64,000 bases of DNA, from positions 1,488,001 to 1,552,000 of the forward strand of contig OZ251240.1 in NCBI GenBank assembly GCA_965240325.2, in the 5' to 3' direction. A program made the position numbers and the translations under genes. Shown here piece by piece: positions 61,445-64,000 of the stretch. The notes below the pieces were generated by a model. That model had not been told where the DNA came from and did not search any database. It was given only the letters and a program-made list of their open reading frames with translations. Each line of letters begins with the position of its first letter. Positions within the stretch are counted from its first letter, which is position 1. The stretch comes from Rebecca billardiae RCC1528. Lineage: Eukaryota; Protista; Haptophyta.

Positions 61445-62036
61445 GGTACTGCGCGGGTCGGGTTCGCTCGCGGGGACGAAGACTGGCGAGCGCGCTGAAA
61501 GCGTTTCGTCCTCGCAAATCTGAGCCAGAGCTTCTTGTCGTCCGGTTCCGGTGGTGCGGACGTGAGTCCGGGCAACCCTTCGCGTGAGCAGCCTCGGCCC
61601 GCTGCGGCCGGGGCGTCGTCTGTCGAGGTGGGCGACGTGCGTGCCAATTGGGGCGGGCATCGATCTGTGGTGAGGTCGCCCGCCCGCATACCGCTGATCA
61701 CGAGTAGGTCGGCAACGGCGCTGCTCAGCTGCGTTGGCACGCCCATCGATGATTACCCTTCCCCCGATAGCAACCGATGCTCGCGGCATTGCTGTGCGTG
61801 GTCAGCCAACCACGGAGCCGCCAGGGCTGGTCGTCCGTGCCTTGAGGGCGAGCATGGCCGTCCGAAGGGCGAGCATGCCCGGCGTACTCGCAAGCTCTTT
61901 GCACGAGACGGTGAGTCAGTCCCGAGCGGGTGCTGAGCCTCGGGCGCGACCACTACACCACGCCCACGGTCGTCCGCGCGCGGGCGGGCCGTTCTCCCTA
62001 CAACCCCCACCGTGGGCCCACACTGGGGTTGGTTGG

Positions 62037-62125
62037 ATGCTCATCCGGACAGTCGGTCGGGTGCCTTCTTGCCATACTCGGTATGCTCATCCGGACAGTC
62101 GGTCGGGTGCCTTCTTGCCATACTC
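62037..62125. repeat. 43-bp direct duplication
   Basis: ATGCTCATCCGGACAGTCGGTCGGGTGCCTTCTTGCCATACTC at 62037 and 62083. Confidence 0.92.
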
Positions 62126-64000
62126 CGTACTCGCTAGCTTCGCCTCTGCGCCGTCCGTCCGAGCGCTGCCAGTGCCCTCGGCCGCACGCAGTATGCGCGG
62201 GCCCGCAACCCGATGGCCGCTGCCGCGCTGCGTGTCCGGACGATCCCTTTCCGCGGCCGGCCGCCCCTTTTCTACTGTCCCTGGCTGCCTACTCAGCCCA
62301 GGCTCTGCACAATTGATCGACTACAGACTTCTCCCTCACTCTTGGCAGTCGAAGAACGAGTTCTAGCCCCGAGCAGCCGGGCGCCGACCGTGCGGGCGTA
62401 GTCAGTCAGGCGAGGTGCCGAGGTCGGGCGGACATGCTGCGCGTGATGATACCGCCAGATGAGCGAGCGCGACTGCGCGAATAGCTTTGACAGCTTCCGT
62501 GCCGACCATCGTCGTCTCCGGACCACTCCTGAACTCAGCGCAACATGAACCGTGATCACGACCCGGCCCACTGCGGCGTGCACGCACAGTTCTCGTCCTG
62601 CCAGCTTACGCGGCCCGTGGGCCGAACGTAGCTACGTGCCAAGTCAGGCCTGGCAGGCCCCGGACGCGGGGCTGCAGACCACCGGTGCCGACTCAGTTGC
62701 CATCAATACGCCATACGGCGGCCGATCATGGGGCACGGGCGGGCCTCACTGGCTGATCTCTCCGCCCGGCCACCTGTCCGACTTCAGTGAGCGCGCAGCC
62801 GGCTCAGGGCTGCTGCGTGCACGCTGTGCACGGGCCGGCCTGGCGCTGACTGGCTTCGGAGTGGCTCGCCGGGGCCGCACCGAGCCCGGGGCACCGCCCT
62901 ACCGGCGCGACCCGCCCACAGACCGCGCCGGCGCGGCTGCCGTGCGCCTTGAAGCCGTGCGTTCACTATATAGTAGCGACTGTGGCCCGACTCTACTGCG
63001 CCCACCGACCGCGCCGGCTGACGCGGTCACGCGCGGGCCAGCGCCGCGGTCCGGGCCCCGGCGGCCCGCGGGCGCGGCCCGCGCGGCCGCCGCGGCGGGC
63101 CGCGGATGCCGCCGCTCGGGGCCCCGCTGCGGCCCGCGTCTGCCCGATGCGGCGGAGCCGGCTGCACGCCGGTCTCTCTTATTTGAACCTAACTATATAC
63201 GGGTGCTGTACAACCTGCTCACTGCTGAGTTTCTGACGATCGGAACGGGAATGCTGCTGCCATCATGACATTCTGGCCTCAGCCGTAGGTCACATCACTC
63301 GGACGAATGCGCACCGTCGTTCCGCGGCGCCGGCTGGGAGTCCGAGGGAGACGGAGTCGGCGGCCGGCGCCGGATTCGAACTGGACACTGCTGCCTTCGA
63401 GATCCTTGTCGTTCCTGGGCGCCGCCGGCCGTGCACGGCGGGCGCCCGGTCTGCGTGCCACAATGCTGCGTCACAAGTCGGAGCTCGTGCGTCGCGGCCT
63501 CGGTCCGCGGTGAGTCGGTCGGCGCCGGCGGCATGGCCCGAGCTCCGCGTGTGGGCGGGCGGCGGTGCGGGCTGCCCGCGAGCGCCGCTGGGAAGGATGC
63601 GTCGGCGATGTGATGACAAGCGCGACGATGCCCGAGGCGCCAGGTGAGAAGCACGGCGCTCGTCGGGACGTGACGCGCGCGCGCCCGGTCGGGATCGGCT
63701 GGGCAGCGAGGCTATGCATGCTTCTGCTCGCAGGCGCCACGCTCGAAGCAGACTGTGCACGGCTGGCGCCACTTGCCCCGGAAGGCGCACGTATCAACCG
63801 TGCCGTATGCAGTTCGTGGCGTCATCGACGCGCCGCGCCGAACCAGGTCCCACGCTGCTCGGAGCGGGAGCAGCAGGCCATCGCTGCCGCGTGCGCCGGC
63901 CGAGGGCGGTCCGGCGACGGTGGAGAGGGCGGTGGGGCGCCGGCTGGTGGCGTTGGGCAGAGCGGCGGCAAACGCACGAGCCACGCGTGCGAGCATTGCA

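Noticed and set aside
63712-63996. ORF starting MLARVARAFAAAL (presequence-like)
   Set aside because: Short, at the window edge, with no recognisable domain or splice continuation.

Overview
This is eukaryotic nuclear DNA with very high GC. The spliceosomal introns (GTGCGC...GCGCAG) and a bipartite plastid-targeting leader on TPI point to an alga with a red-derived plastid, most likely a Pavlovales haptophyte (inference). I can support about 20 protein-coding genes. They include a SMARCAD1/Fun30-like SNF2 helicase, a 2OG-Fe(II)/P4H-like oxygenase, a putative glycosyltransferase, a stand-alone MYCBP2-type RING-Cys-relay E3 ligase, a P4-ATPase flippase, two MFS transporters and a coiled-coil protein. 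They also include plastid TPI, three F-box/RCC1 paralogs (one frameshifted), an ankyrin protein, NDUFAF3, MOK/LF4 kinase, a GT29-like protein, PIH1D2, D-lactate dehydrogenase and a SAP-domain protein. The intergenic DNA holds four non-autonomous DNA transposons with TIRs and TSDs, a repeat family tied to TA tracts, and a chromodomain ORF flanked by repeat arrays. Best candidates for new biology: (1) a dispersed element family sharing a covarying terminal stem-loop but carrying different orphan ORFs; (2) F-box/RCC1 paralogs whose differences cluster at recurring positions of the RCC1 repeats; (3) the minimal RING-Cys-relay ligase with an altered substrate pocket; (4) unusual intron architecture, with complementary microsatellites in alternate introns and duplicated or inverted exon ends inside introns. 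Exon boundaries were assigned by eye. Most of the long Ala/Arg/Pro-rich ORFs in the track are GC-driven shadows.
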